Assembly (NCBI GenBank): GCA_963772725.1 | Contig: CAVYYI010000001.1 | Location: 768,001 to 832,000 of the forward strand | DNA: 64,000 nt | Origin: an uncultured Phycisphaerales bacterium | GTDB lineage: Bacteria; Planctomycetota; Phycisphaerae; Sedimentisphaerales; Anaerobacaceae | Reading direction: 5' to 3' | Shown here: piece after piece, positions 38,539 through 46,480 of the stretch | How the letters are laid out: each line of letters begins with the position of its first letter | How positions within the stretch are numbered: position 1 is the first letter of the stretch | Translations under genes and position numbers: made by a program | The notes under the pieces: generated by a model | What the model was told of the DNA's origin: nothing | Databases searched by the model: none | The model's input: only the letters and a program-made list of their open reading frames with translations

Positions 38539-38600
38539 TCGGCTTATCGGACTAAAAAAACATAGCATTTATCAATATCGTTAATCGTCCTTACTTTGTG

Positions 38601-38629
38601 ATATTATCGGATGTTTTTTTGAATTGCAA
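38601..38629 (-). promoter_or_regulatory. Putative outward-facing sigma70-type promoter at the provirus left end
   Basis: Minus strand TTGCAA-17 bp-TAATAT preceded by an A/T-rich tract. Confidence 0.5.
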
Positions 38630-38748
38630 CACTATTTTTTGAATTTTTAATATTTTTTTTGAAATGATTGATTCTTTGAGCCGCGTTTTTCAAAGGCTTT
38701 CCGGTTTCGTTATGGCCGCCCTCGACGCTTTTACGCCCCTGAACAGCC

Positions 38749-38946
38749 GTCGGCGAAGCCGACATTTCCCTAAAGAGGTTACTGATAGAACATAACCTGA
38801 GATTTTGGGAATTTGCCCTGGCTTACCCACGTAAAATTTCATCCGGCTTTAGCCGGATTCCACTTGAAACACACGCGGGATTATTATAAAATCCGCGTGT
38901 TTCAGGCGGGAAGGACAAAAACCCGCAGGGTTTGTCCTTCCCGCCT
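38749..38946. repeat. Cluster of hairpins in the provirus non-coding region (candidate origin or packaging signal)
   Basis: GTCGGC-GAA-GCCGAC; ATCCGGCT-TT-AGCCGGAT; ACACGCGG..CCGCGTGT; perfect 16-bp arms at 38904-19 and 38931-46. Confidence 0.75.
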
Positions 38947-39049
38947 CCCTGCCCTATAGGGTACACGCCCGCTTTCCGGTTGTAAATAAAAAAAAAAAAA
39001 ATAAGAAGTGCCTGGCTAAAAAATTTTTTTGCCGGCAAAAAAAGGGGGG

Positions 39050-39247
39050 CTAAGGTTTGATTTTAAAGTTGGACATGAAGCCCAGCATAAAGGTCAAGAT
39101 TCCAAAGACTACCGTAGCCCAGACAGGCAGCCTTTCTTTGATATGGTCAATAGCGGTCCACTGCTTTTCGTCGCTTTGCTCGAGGGTTTCAAGTCTGACC
39201 TGGTGCGCGGATAGTGTTGCCTCTGATGACTGAAGTTTCTCACTCAT
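39050..39247 (-). CDS. Provirus coiled-coil plus C-terminal TM protein (XhlA/holin-like layout)
   Basis: RLETLEQ coiled coil followed by a hydrophobic helix; last gene of the operon. Confidence 0.55.
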   Translation of the reverse strand: MSEKLQSSEATLSAHQVRLETLEQSDEKQWTAIDHIKERLPVWATVVFGILTFMLGFMSNFKIKP

Positions 39248-39405
39248 TTAAGTAGCTCCTCTAAATAGTCAATAGCCTGGTCAAAGGTGATTTCATTGTC
39301 CTGGCCGTCTTTGGTTATGACTAATACGCGGCGTTCGCGGTCAACCTTTACGTTAATGTTACCGACGAATGTGCGTATCATCTGTTTGATAATTGCTTTG
39401 TTCAT
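39244..39405 (-). CDS. Provirus 53-aa hypothetical protein
   Basis: Read manually: MNKAIIKQMIRTFVGNINVKVDRERRV...; ATGA overlaps with both neighbours. Confidence 0.7.
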   Translation of the reverse strand: MNKAIIKQMIRTFVGNINVKVDRERRVLVITKDGQDNEITFDQAIDYLEELLK

Positions 39406-39866
39406 GCCTGAGCAGGCTCCGCGGCCGGCTGGAGTATTGCTATTGTATTCTGCTGAGATTTGATAAGCTTATTTTTTGCGATATTATCCGCGCTTGCCCC
39501 GATTCCCAGGACCGCCAACAGACCGATTACATAGCCCAGCGGGTCCGTGGCAGCAGCCGCGGGATTCGTGATGAGCTGCGTTACCTGGCCAATCAGGGCA
39601 TTCTTTAAAGCATCCTGCTTGTCGAGGGCTTGGATTCCGATAGTGTATCTGGCATTAAGGTCCGCGAGCTGCTGCTGAAGAGATGCGACAACCCTGTCGT
39701 ATTCGACCTGTATCTCCGCCCTGCTGATTTTGATTTCTGGATTAACCAGGGACTTAGTTTTCGACTCGCAGCCAAACCAGGTTATTGAGATTGCGATACA
39801 GACCAGGATCGATATGGCTGTACAGACATGATGCCTTATTGCGGTTAAAATTTCAGAAAACTTCAT
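39402..39866 (-). CDS. Provirus membrane/lipoprotein-like coiled-coil protein
   Basis: N-terminal hydrophobic stretch ending WFGC, coiled coil, second TM; AAGGAG RBS. Confidence 0.7.
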   Translation of the reverse strand: MKFSEILTAIRHHVCTAISILVCIAISITWFGCESKTKSLVNPEIKISRAEIQVEYDRVVASLQQQLADLNARYTIGIQALDKQDALKNALIGQVTQLITNPAAAATDPLGYVIGLLAVLGIGASADNIAKNKLIKSQQNTIAILQPAAEPAQA

Positions 39867-39959
39867 AAATGACTCCTTTCACTATATTGCCCCAAAAATT
39901 TCTTCTTAAAATGCCCCAGGTTCGATTATTATCTTTCAGGGGATACATCCATATCCCCC

Positions 39960-40121
39960 TTATGCAGTTTTTTGCGCAAGCACTGTTTCCTGCTCTTGTA
40001 TGACCGCTTTAATATCGCTGCCAGATATATCTTTTATCGCGTTATTCACCTTATCGATATATACCAGGCCAGCCTCTCTGGATTCTACCTGTTTTCGGAT
40101 ATTGATAAAAACTTCTTTCAT
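39960..40121 (-). CDS. Provirus 53-aa hypothetical protein
   Basis: Read manually: MKEVFINIRKQVESREAGLVY...; AGGAG RBS. Confidence 0.6.
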   Translation of the reverse strand: MKEVFINIRKQVESREAGLVYIDKVNNAIKDISGSDIKAVIQEQETVLAQKTA

Positions 40122-40132
40122 AATAGCATCTC

Positions 40133-40528
40133 CTAAAGTTTCATAATAAATGCCAACGCATAAAAGGGCGGAACATTGTCTGTATTATCTGTTACTCCAT
40201 CATCCGGTTCATCCGACGTGTCTGTGCTATATGCGCCAGTGCCTGCGAAGTCGGGGATGTCGGTTCCCGCTTGAAGTACGTGGTAATGACCATATCCGAA
40301 GTAAGGGTGAGTATGCCCTAATGAGCCGCCTGTTTGTTTTAATGTGCCGTCAACTTCACTTTTAGCAACCCCGCCGTCATCTTGTGAAGCACCGACAATA
40401 AACTTGTCGCGTAGATCTTGAGTGCCATTATTGCCGTCACATAATGCCCATCCGGCTGGTATAGTCGCGATCGAGCCAGACCAGGCCAGGATAAAACCTC
40501 TTTTCCATTTAGCTATAACTGCAAACAT
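40133..40528 (-). CDS. Tail-collar/fibre-tip-like protein (putative spike or receptor-binding protein)
   Basis: GFILAWSGSIATIPAGWALCDG..DLRDKFIVGA and terminal PPFYALAFIMK typical of phage collar/fibre domains. Confidence 0.75.
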   Translation of the reverse strand: MFAVIAKWKRGFILAWSGSIATIPAGWALCDGNNGTQDLRDKFIVGASQDDGGVAKSEVDGTLKQTGGSLGHTHPYFGYGHYHVLQAGTDIPDFAGTGAYSTDTSDEPDDGVTDNTDNVPPFYALAFIMKL

Positions 40529-41139
40529 CAGGCCTCGTAAGTTACAAAAATTTTATCGTTGGCAGATTTAAATAATACGTTTATGTCGCTGGTATTTGCC
40601 AGCTTAACAGATACCACTTCGCCGGCTTCGATCGGCATACAGGCATCTTCGACAGCAGCATCTCCGAAATTTACCCATGCCATACCGGCATTGCCGACCG
40701 CAGCTCTCAGCAGCACTTCATTGCAGCTATGAGATGCTCCCTGGGTATTAGTATCGGCCAGGGCATTGGTTATTACAATCGCCGGTTGAGCGGCGGGCTT
40801 GCGGTCCAGAATATTTTCTATATCGAAGTTTATGCCGATAAGTAAATCAATCCACTCCCCTGCCTGAGCGGTATTAGTGATATAAAAACTCGTGAATACC
40901 GTTTTAATCTTAGAATGCAGTTTTAACTCGATTTCTTCATTAGTGTTTCGATTCAGCTTAATACTCGATGCTGCATTCGAGCTGCTGATAGCCTTAACAT
41001 AAATCATATCGCCGGCGGCGATATGCTGCTGATTATTAGCAGCAGCATCGAGCGTTATCCGCAGAGTAAAATAGTTCTTATAATTTCGCTTAACCTGGTC
41101 AGCAAGCCGTTGCTCCCAGGTATCAATTATCTGGTTCAT
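40528..41139 (-). CDS. Provirus beta-rich structural protein (putative vertex/penton), paralogue of 42157..42801
   Basis: Beta-strand periodicity and visible similarity to 42157..42801. Confidence 0.6.
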   Translation of the reverse strand: MNQIIDTWEQRLADQVKRNYKNYFTLRITLDAAANNQQHIAAGDMIYVKAISSSNAASSIKLNRNTNEEIELKLHSKIKTVFTSFYITNTAQAGEWIDLLIGINFDIENILDRKPAAQPAIVITNALADTNTQGASHSCNEVLLRAAVGNAGMAWVNFGDAAVEDACMPIEAGEVVSVKLANTSDINVLFKSANDKIFVTYEA

Positions 41140-41555
41140 TTTCTTCCCTTCCAGGCTAAAACTAAATAAGCAACTGCAAATACGAGAATACCTACCGATA
41201 AAGTCTTGACCGCTGGAGTTTCTACGAGTTTATAGGTACCGTCAAGGCTCAGCCAATAAAAAAGACTCACTCCGACCGCGGCAATCGCAGCAACTATTAT
41301 TGCTGGAGATACGCCAGCTTTTATTACCTGGACATCATTTGGATCAGGCTGCTTAATCCGGATATTCATAATCAGCTTATTGTCGTCGGTCGTCTCGTAG
41401 CTGAGCAGCTCATAATTTTTATTATCCCTTAATCGCTCTTCTATCGCATAAAGCTGAGCAGCTCGAAGCCATGTCGGACCATAAATCGAAAAAATCATTT
41501 CGATACGATCGCCAGGCACTAATATTTCATCTTTTGATATTTCGATTTTTTCCAT
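41136..41555 (-). CDS. Provirus membrane protein (two C-terminal TMs)
   Basis: Two hydrophobic helices and a basic tail WKGRK. Confidence 0.7.
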   Translation of the reverse strand: MEKIEISKDEILVPGDRIEMIFSIYGPTWLRAAQLYAIEERLRDNKNYELLSYETTDDNKLIMNIRIKQPDPNDVQVIKAGVSPAIIVAAIAAVGVSLFYWLSLDGTYKLVETPAVKTLSVGILVFAVAYLVLAWKGRK

Positions 41556-41557
41556 CT

Positions 41558-41845
41558 TTATGCTTTCACATCCTCGAAATTCAATGGCAGCTCACCTGCT
41601 GCTTTCAGCGACTCTATCGCCATGCTGCGAATTTTAGCCTGGATTTTTTCTTCGTTTATCCTTGCAGGCGTGTGAGGCTCTTTATATACCTCTATCCCTT
41701 CCAAAGCTGCCTGGTCAGCAACCTCAACATAATCATAAGCGTCATCGAGCGGATGTTTGCCTTTCGGCAAGACGGCCTTAGCAATGATATGCTCATCAGC
41801 ATTGGTAAAATATCCAAAACCACTTACAACTGTAATTGTTTTCAT
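41558..41845 (-). CDS. Provirus hypothetical protein
   Basis: 95-aa ORF tightly packed in the operon. Confidence 0.65.
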   Translation of the reverse strand: MKTITVVSGFGYFTNADEHIIAKAVLPKGKHPLDDAYDYVEVADQAALEGIEVYKEPHTPARINEEKIQAKIRSMAIESLKAAGELPLNFEDVKA

Positions 41846-42156
41846 CTTAACGGTATCCAGAATATATTTAAGTTATCACCGGTACTAAGCGTTATTTTCC
41901 AATAGTCCTTTTTTTTGACCGGCATCACGACCGACATATATAGTGTATTTACGGTCGATGATGATACTCGCTTTGTTGTCGGATCAGGACTTGAGCTGTC
42001 TGTAAATCCGACAAGATTTTCGGCTGGCTGGCCCGTTGCCCTGGCATAACCAACAACAATGCCATCGCTTTCAGCTTGATAAACAGTATGGACCGCGAAC
42101 GGCCCAGCTTCCCAGGCTTTTAGTTCTGTCTTTGGTGATGAAATCTTAGAACCCAT
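41842..42156 (-). CDS. Provirus small beta-sandwich protein (fibre/spike-tip-like)
   Basis: VYQAESDGIV..MPVKKKDYWKI pattern resembling phage fibre C-terminal domains. Confidence 0.5.
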   Translation of the reverse strand: MGSKISSPKTELKAWEAGPFAVHTVYQAESDGIVVGYARATGQPAENLVGFTDSSSPDPTTKRVSSSTVNTLYMSVVMPVKKKDYWKITLSTGDNLNIFWIPLR

Positions 42157-42801
42157 TTACCATTCTCCCCAGCCGAGCAGCTGCCCTGCTGCCGATGCGA
42201 TCGCATAAACCGGACCGCGATAATCGTCAATAGAAAGCGACATGCCAGGCTGAAGCTCAGCGATCCACTTTGAGCTTGTAACTGTATCGGCAAACCCGAT
42301 ATAAATTATGCCGGTATTTGTGCTTTTAGCCTGGACAACAAAAGCCTTGCGGTCCGCGTTGGCTGCCAGGACAGATACGGCAGCAGCTCCGACAGTTTTC
42401 TCAGTGTCCCAGTTTTCGTGTGTTGTATCGCCTCGTAGCTCGCCTAATATGTCATTGAGGCTCGATGATGTCGGAGCGCGGTTATCTATAATCTCAAACA
42501 GCTCAGGCGCTCTTGAGGCAATGAGGATTTTCATTGTGCCGGTCTGAGCTGCCGGCGTTGTTATATATAGCTTTGAGAATGGAGCTATAAAGCCGGTCTG
42601 CTTTACATAATCGACTGCCGACTGGTTAGTCTGATTCTGCTTGACGCTGATATAAACTTCGCCATCGGGAGCATCGTAAACGTAAAAATAATTGCCTGCC
42701 AGGCTGTAAGACTTGTCAGCAGCAGCTATCGATAAATCGATCTCTATCTGCTGGACATTCGACAAGCCAGCGGCTTCTAATAACTGCTGATTAAAGTCCA
42801 T
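42157..42801 (-). CDS. Provirus beta-rich structural protein (putative penton/minor capsid)
   Basis: Two beta-rich domains; similar to 40528..41139. Confidence 0.6.
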   Translation of the reverse strand: MDFNQQLLEAAGLSNVQQIEIDLSIAAADKSYSLAGNYFYVYDAPDGEVYISVKQNQTNQSAVDYVKQTGFIAPFSKLYITTPAAQTGTMKILIASRAPELFEIIDNRAPTSSSLNDILGELRGDTTHENWDTEKTVGAAAVSVLAANADRKAFVVQAKSTNTGIIYIGFADTVTSSKWIAELQPGMSLSIDDYRGPVYAIASAAGQLLGWGEW

Positions 42802-42802
42802 T

Positions 42803-43252
42803 TTACCATTTACCTTTACTCATAAGAATTAAAGCTACAACGATAACGCCGACAACAACCAGGATTTCCTTAAAGACTGTCTTTGTTCCTTCGCTCTGGA
42901 AAAATCCGCCGCTTTCCTTCGACTGAGTCGTGGGCATAACCACATTAAGCGACGCCGGCGGTGTAACGCCTGCATTGGGCTTATCATAGTAAACAACAGT
43001 CTGGCTCCCCTCATTCTTTGGAGTCGATACCAGCCCCGATCTCTGGAGCAGGGTATTAACTAACCCCCCCGCCGCTGCCTCAACAGCCTTGGGCCCAGTA
43101 AGGCTCTGAAAAGCGTTTTTGAACGGATTCACAGCCGCTGTCAGATAATCCGATATACCAAAACTCGGAGTAACAGTATTAACGCCCATAGGCATAGGCG
43201 TTGAACCCCAGTCCTGGGCTTGATAAGCAAAATCAGTAAAAGACATTGTCAT
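42803..43252 (-). CDS. Provirus C-terminally anchored membrane protein
   Basis: ILVVVGVIVVALILM-SKGKW tail anchor. Confidence 0.7.
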   Translation of the reverse strand: MTMSFTDFAYQAQDWGSTPMPMGVNTVTPSFGISDYLTAAVNPFKNAFQSLTGPKAVEAAAGGLVNTLLQRSGLVSTPKNEGSQTVVYYDKPNAGVTPPASLNVVMPTTQSKESGGFFQSEGTKTVFKEILVVVGVIVVALILMSKGKW

Positions 43253-43500
43253 AAAAGTTTACCCTTCTTTAAAAAAAATAATGCCGCTATACCGATCCCG
43301 ATATAGAGCAAATAATTGGGGGATTTTTCGTAAGCCACCGGCTGAGGCTGGACATACACGGTACCAGCCGCCGATCCGCCTTGTATCTTGTCGATAACCT
43401 TGTTCAGGTCCCCTATCATCTGCTGCTGCATCCCGAAGGTATCAACAGCCGTCTGTCTGGCCTGCTCTATCTGAGCTATTTCTTCTTGAGTAGAAGCCAT
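43249..43500 (-). CDS. Provirus C-terminally anchored membrane protein
   Basis: YLLYIGIGIAALFFL-KKGK tail anchor. Confidence 0.7.
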   Translation of the reverse strand: MASTQEEIAQIEQARQTAVDTFGMQQQMIGDLNKVIDKIQGGSAAGTVYVQPQPVAYEKSPNYLLYIGIGIAALFFLKKGKLL

Positions 43501-43772
43501 AAAATCATAAATCCTATACCAGCATAAAAAATCATTTTACTTTTATTAACAGCGGGCAATATCTGAGGCATCTGCTGCACTTCAGTTATATTACTATCGC
43601 TGCTCAGCGATTCGAGCCTGGCCGATAAATCGCTAAACTGCTGCATATTCGCTGCCAGTACCGGCTCAAAAATATAATCGCTGCCATCAGCTTTGAGCTT
43701 AGCGAGATAGTCCAGATCCTGGGCATTCAACTGCCCTGTCGCCACACGCTGAGCTGTAGCTCCACTGCCCAT
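43476..43772 (-). CDS. Provirus C-terminally anchored membrane protein
   Basis: MIFYAGIGFMILWLLL-KKK tail anchor. Confidence 0.7.
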   Translation of the reverse strand: MGSGATAQRVATGQLNAQDLDYLAKLKADGSDYIFEPVLAANMQQFSDLSARLESLSSDSNITEVQQMPQILPAVNKSKMIFYAGIGFMILWLLLKKK

Positions 43773-44185
43773 TAGTTAAGCCCTCTTAAAAATCTGTCTA
43801 TTCCATTATTGACCTGGTCAAAAATAGACTCATGGGGAGCTGCACTTGGCAGCGTAAAGATTCGAGGCTCAACAGGACTGCTTACAATCTTTTCGGTAAG
43901 CCGCTCAAGCTCATACTGCCTGCTCTGGGCATCGAGCTGCTGAGCTGTCAGGTTACTTTGCTCACCAGCTAAAAATCTCTGAAATGCAAGCTCCGCCTCC
44001 CTGGCAGCGTTAGCTTTTTTCTCTTGAGATTTAACGGCCTGTTTATTTTGTTGACTCTGATATGACATAAACCCAGCAGTCATAGCAGCGCCCGTTGCAA
44101 CAGTAGCTACCGAGGCCGCGGCTCCGGTCAAACCAAAATAACTAATAATCAGATCATCTATTAAAAACATCTTCAATAACCTCAT
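43772..44185 (-). CDS. Provirus Ala/Gly-rich TM plus coiled-coil protein (possible DNA-delivery protein)
   Basis: GAAASVATVATGAAMTAG segment followed by a Gln-rich helix; true start may be MFLIDD. Confidence 0.55.
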   Translation of the reverse strand: MRLLKMFLIDDLIISYFGLTGAAASVATVATGAAMTAGFMSYQSQQNKQAVKSQEKKANAAREAELAFQRFLAGEQSNLTAQQLDAQSRQYELERLTEKIVSSPVEPRIFTLPSAAPHESIFDQVNNGIDRFLRGLN

Positions 44186-44567
44186 CTGCGCTAATAGCAG
44201 CGAGCTTCTCTTTAGTTTTAACTAATTGCCATATACTTATAGATGCCCTGTTTGCAATATGCCAATTAGCATATTTACTGTTATCTCTCTGTAAATATAT
44301 GTCAATCGTTCTACCATACAAATCGCCTTTATCTGTAAAGATGCCGGTCAATATGTATTTTGAGTCATCATTTATTTTTACGCCTTTATTTTTCAACTCT
44401 TCTTTTATAAGCAGCGTAAAGGTTGTCGCCGTTTCAGAGCCTTGAAATTTTTCAACGCACAGCGAATCTATTTTAGGAATGCCTGGCGAAATCTCGCGTG
44501 TTACCTTTACAGGCACCTGGCAGCCAGCGACAAGCAGCAGGCTGCACAAAATTATCAATGTTCTCAT
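44154..44567 (-). CDS. Provirus lipoprotein
   Basis: Lipobox LLVAGC. Confidence 0.7.
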   Translation of the reverse strand: MRTLIILCSLLLVAGCQVPVKVTREISPGIPKIDSLCVEKFQGSETATTFTLLIKEELKNKGVKINDDSKYILTGIFTDKGDLYGRTIDIYLQRDNSKYANWHIANRASISIWQLVKTKEKLAAISADEVIEDVFNR

Positions 44568-45055
44568 TTTACACCTCCCCTGCTTGCGATATACCCCTGT
44601 ACTGCATTAGCTATCTCAATGGCAGCTTTTTCTGGGGAAAAATTCACCCATGCAGCGGAATCTGTCCAACTCCACACCTTTATCGCATTGCCAGCTTTGT
44701 CTCGTATTGAAAACTCCACTGTAACGCCTTGGCAAATCCCCTCAATTCCACATTCTGCTGATGAGTCGATCGCAATAGCTCGCTTTGTAAGTTCAAGATC
44801 TAATGCCTTAACAAGAGCTTCGCCTGTCGGGGCATGACTGGCAACAAAACGCCCCATTCGTATAGTGAGTCGGTTTTCTTTTTCACTTGCTTGCTGCTTT
44901 AAATCTGAAGCTAACAGCATTTCAGCTTTACATTTCTCTAAAGCTGATGCTATTTCAGTTTTCATTTGCTTCTTTAGCGAGAAATATATATTTATATCCC
45001 CCGCAAATATACCGAGAGCAACAACCACTATCGTTAAAATCCATACCTTTTTCAT
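44564..45055 (-). CDS. Provirus N-terminally anchored or secreted protein
   Basis: MKKVWILTIVVVALGIFAG signal/anchor. Confidence 0.65.
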   Translation of the reverse strand: MKKVWILTIVVVALGIFAGDINIYFSLKKQMKTEIASALEKCKAEMLLASDLKQQASEKENRLTIRMGRFVASHAPTGEALVKALDLELTKRAIAIDSSAECGIEGICQGVTVEFSIRDKAGNAIKVWSWTDSAAWVNFSPEKAAIEIANAVQGYIASRGGVK

Positions 45056-45069
45056 GCTTTTTTCCTTTC

Positions 45070-45114
45070 AAATAAGAGGTTAATAAAAATTCGACGTTTA
45101 TTAACCTCTTATTT
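45070..45114. repeat. Perfect 18-bp inverted repeat downstream of the capsid gene
   Basis: AAATAAGAGGTTAATAAA-9 nt-TTTATTAACCTCTTATTT; partial third copy TTAACCTCTT at 45123-32. Confidence 0.85.
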
Positions 45115-45145
45115 TACTCGGTTTAACCTCTTTTTTCAAGGAGAA

Positions 45146-46135
45146 TTAAGCAGCCCTTTTGGCGGCTGGCACGATTTCGACTGGGAATACTTCGATAACA
45201 TCCGTTGTGCCTGAGAATGTTGTATCGAGTTCGAGGGTCAGGCTCAACATATTCGTTGTATCAAGCATCTTCGCCAGGTGTCCATCCTTGCAAAGCTCCA
45301 GCAAGTAATAACCGTCTGGAACGCTGGCAAGACCCAGCTCAGCCTTCATATCGTTGCGAAGGCCGGCACCCTGCTTATACTTGATAACATCGGTACCGCT
45401 TTTAAGCGTTATCGTGTTAATCAGGGTATTGACCTGGACGCCGTCGATATGGGTCTTAATGAGGAAGCCGCGATAAAAGTTACCGACGCCAAGCTCGATT
45501 TGCTCGCGTGGATTGCTCGCGGTTACTGTTTTGCGAATACCATAAATCTTATGGTCCGCGTAAGGTGTGTATGGATCGTCCTTGCTGTCAATGTCGATGT
45601 ACTCGCTCGCTGAGATGTACAGCGTGCAGCTATCAACAGTGATAACGCCCGTGCTTACGCAATCGGCACCGGTCCCCCATGTAATAATGAGGTCAAGCGT
45701 CGATACATTGCCGCGGGCAGTGCAATCGAGGAGCGTATCGTTTTCGCGGACGCTTCGCTGCATCGCGAAATCGAGAATTGCTCCCAGATCGAATGTGGTA
45801 TTGGCCTCAGCCCCAGCAGGTGCGCTGTCCCATGTAGTGGTCGATACGGTCCTGGCAGCCGGTGTCTTATAGTCCATTTCGTTTTTGCGCATCAATGATG
45901 CGAAATCGACCGACTTTATGACATCGCGGCCATTACGCCGGACCTCGATGCGTTTTACAAGCTGCGCACCGCTCAGCTCGCGGTTTACGCTGCCGCCGAC
46001 AGCCGTCCGGTCCATCTGAGCGACCAGGCGAAAATGCAGCTTAGCCAGGGAATAATCCCGCGGCAGCTGCAAAGTAGAAGTCTGGTTCGCAGCGAATGCC
46101 AGCGAACCAAGCTCTCGTTCGATTAACTTTTTCAT
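45146..46135 (-). CDS. Double-jelly-roll major capsid protein (STIV-like)
   Basis: 329 aa, two beta-rich halves; LQLPRDYSLAKLHFRL, LVKRIEV..NG..IKSV, LGVGNFYR parallel the STIV capsid protein (recognised from memory, no search run); near a packaging ATPase. Confidence 0.82.
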   Translation of the reverse strand: MKKLIERELGSLAFAANQTSTLQLPRDYSLAKLHFRLVAQMDRTAVGGSVNRELSGAQLVKRIEVRRNGRDVIKSVDFASLMRKNEMDYKTPAARTVSTTTWDSAPAGAEANTTFDLGAILDFAMQRSVRENDTLLDCTARGNVSTLDLIITWGTGADCVSTGVITVDSCTLYISASEYIDIDSKDDPYTPYADHKIYGIRKTVTASNPREQIELGVGNFYRGFLIKTHIDGVQVNTLINTITLKSGTDVIKYKQGAGLRNDMKAELGLASVPDGYYLLELCKDGHLAKMLDTTNMLSLTLELDTTFSGTTDVIEVFPVEIVPAAKRAA

Positions 46136-46212
46136 ACGTTTTTTTCCTTTACTTTTTTTAGAGTAAAAAAATCCTTTTTTAATTCGTCCGCAACGCTTAG
46201 CCGTGAAGCCGG

Positions 46213-46344
46213 TTAGACTCTAAACCAGGCTTTGAATCTGTCCGGTATGGGCATGAATCTTAGCAACGCCAGGACAATCAACAATCCGATTGTCAGGTTT
46301 ACCAGGTACGATGCCGACGGCAGTTTAACTTTGGGCATATCCAT
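46213..46344 (-). CDS. Provirus 43-aa membrane protein directly upstream of the capsid gene
   Basis: Read manually: MDMPKVKLPSASYLVNLTIGLLIVLALLRFMPIPDRFKAWFRV; AAGGAG RBS. Confidence 0.75.
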   Translation of the reverse strand: MDMPKVKLPSASYLVNLTIGLLIVLALLRFMPIPDRFKAWFRV

Positions 46345-46372
46345 ATTCAAAACTCCTTTATCAGCGGCAAAT

Positions 46373-46413
46373 AAAAAAAGCACTGCCACGAGCCGCCGCC
46401 GTGATAGTGCTTT
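46373..46413 (-). terminator. Intrinsic terminator between early and structural genes
   Basis: Minus strand GCACTATCACG-loop-CGTGGCAGTGC followed by TTTTTTT. Confidence 0.7.
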
Positions 46414-46480
46414 CTAATAAATTTTTTAACGTCCTTTTCGCGTTGTTTACCATAAGCGATTTTCTGTGTCAATAAAATTT

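Noticed and set aside
38823..39038. 71-aa ORF in the provirus left end
   Set aside because: Runs through hairpins and a poly-A tract with no RBS; likely non-coding
40133..40528. Element as a remnant of a tailed prophage
   Set aside because: No terminase, portal, HK97 capsid, tape measure or baseplate genes; boundaries are intact
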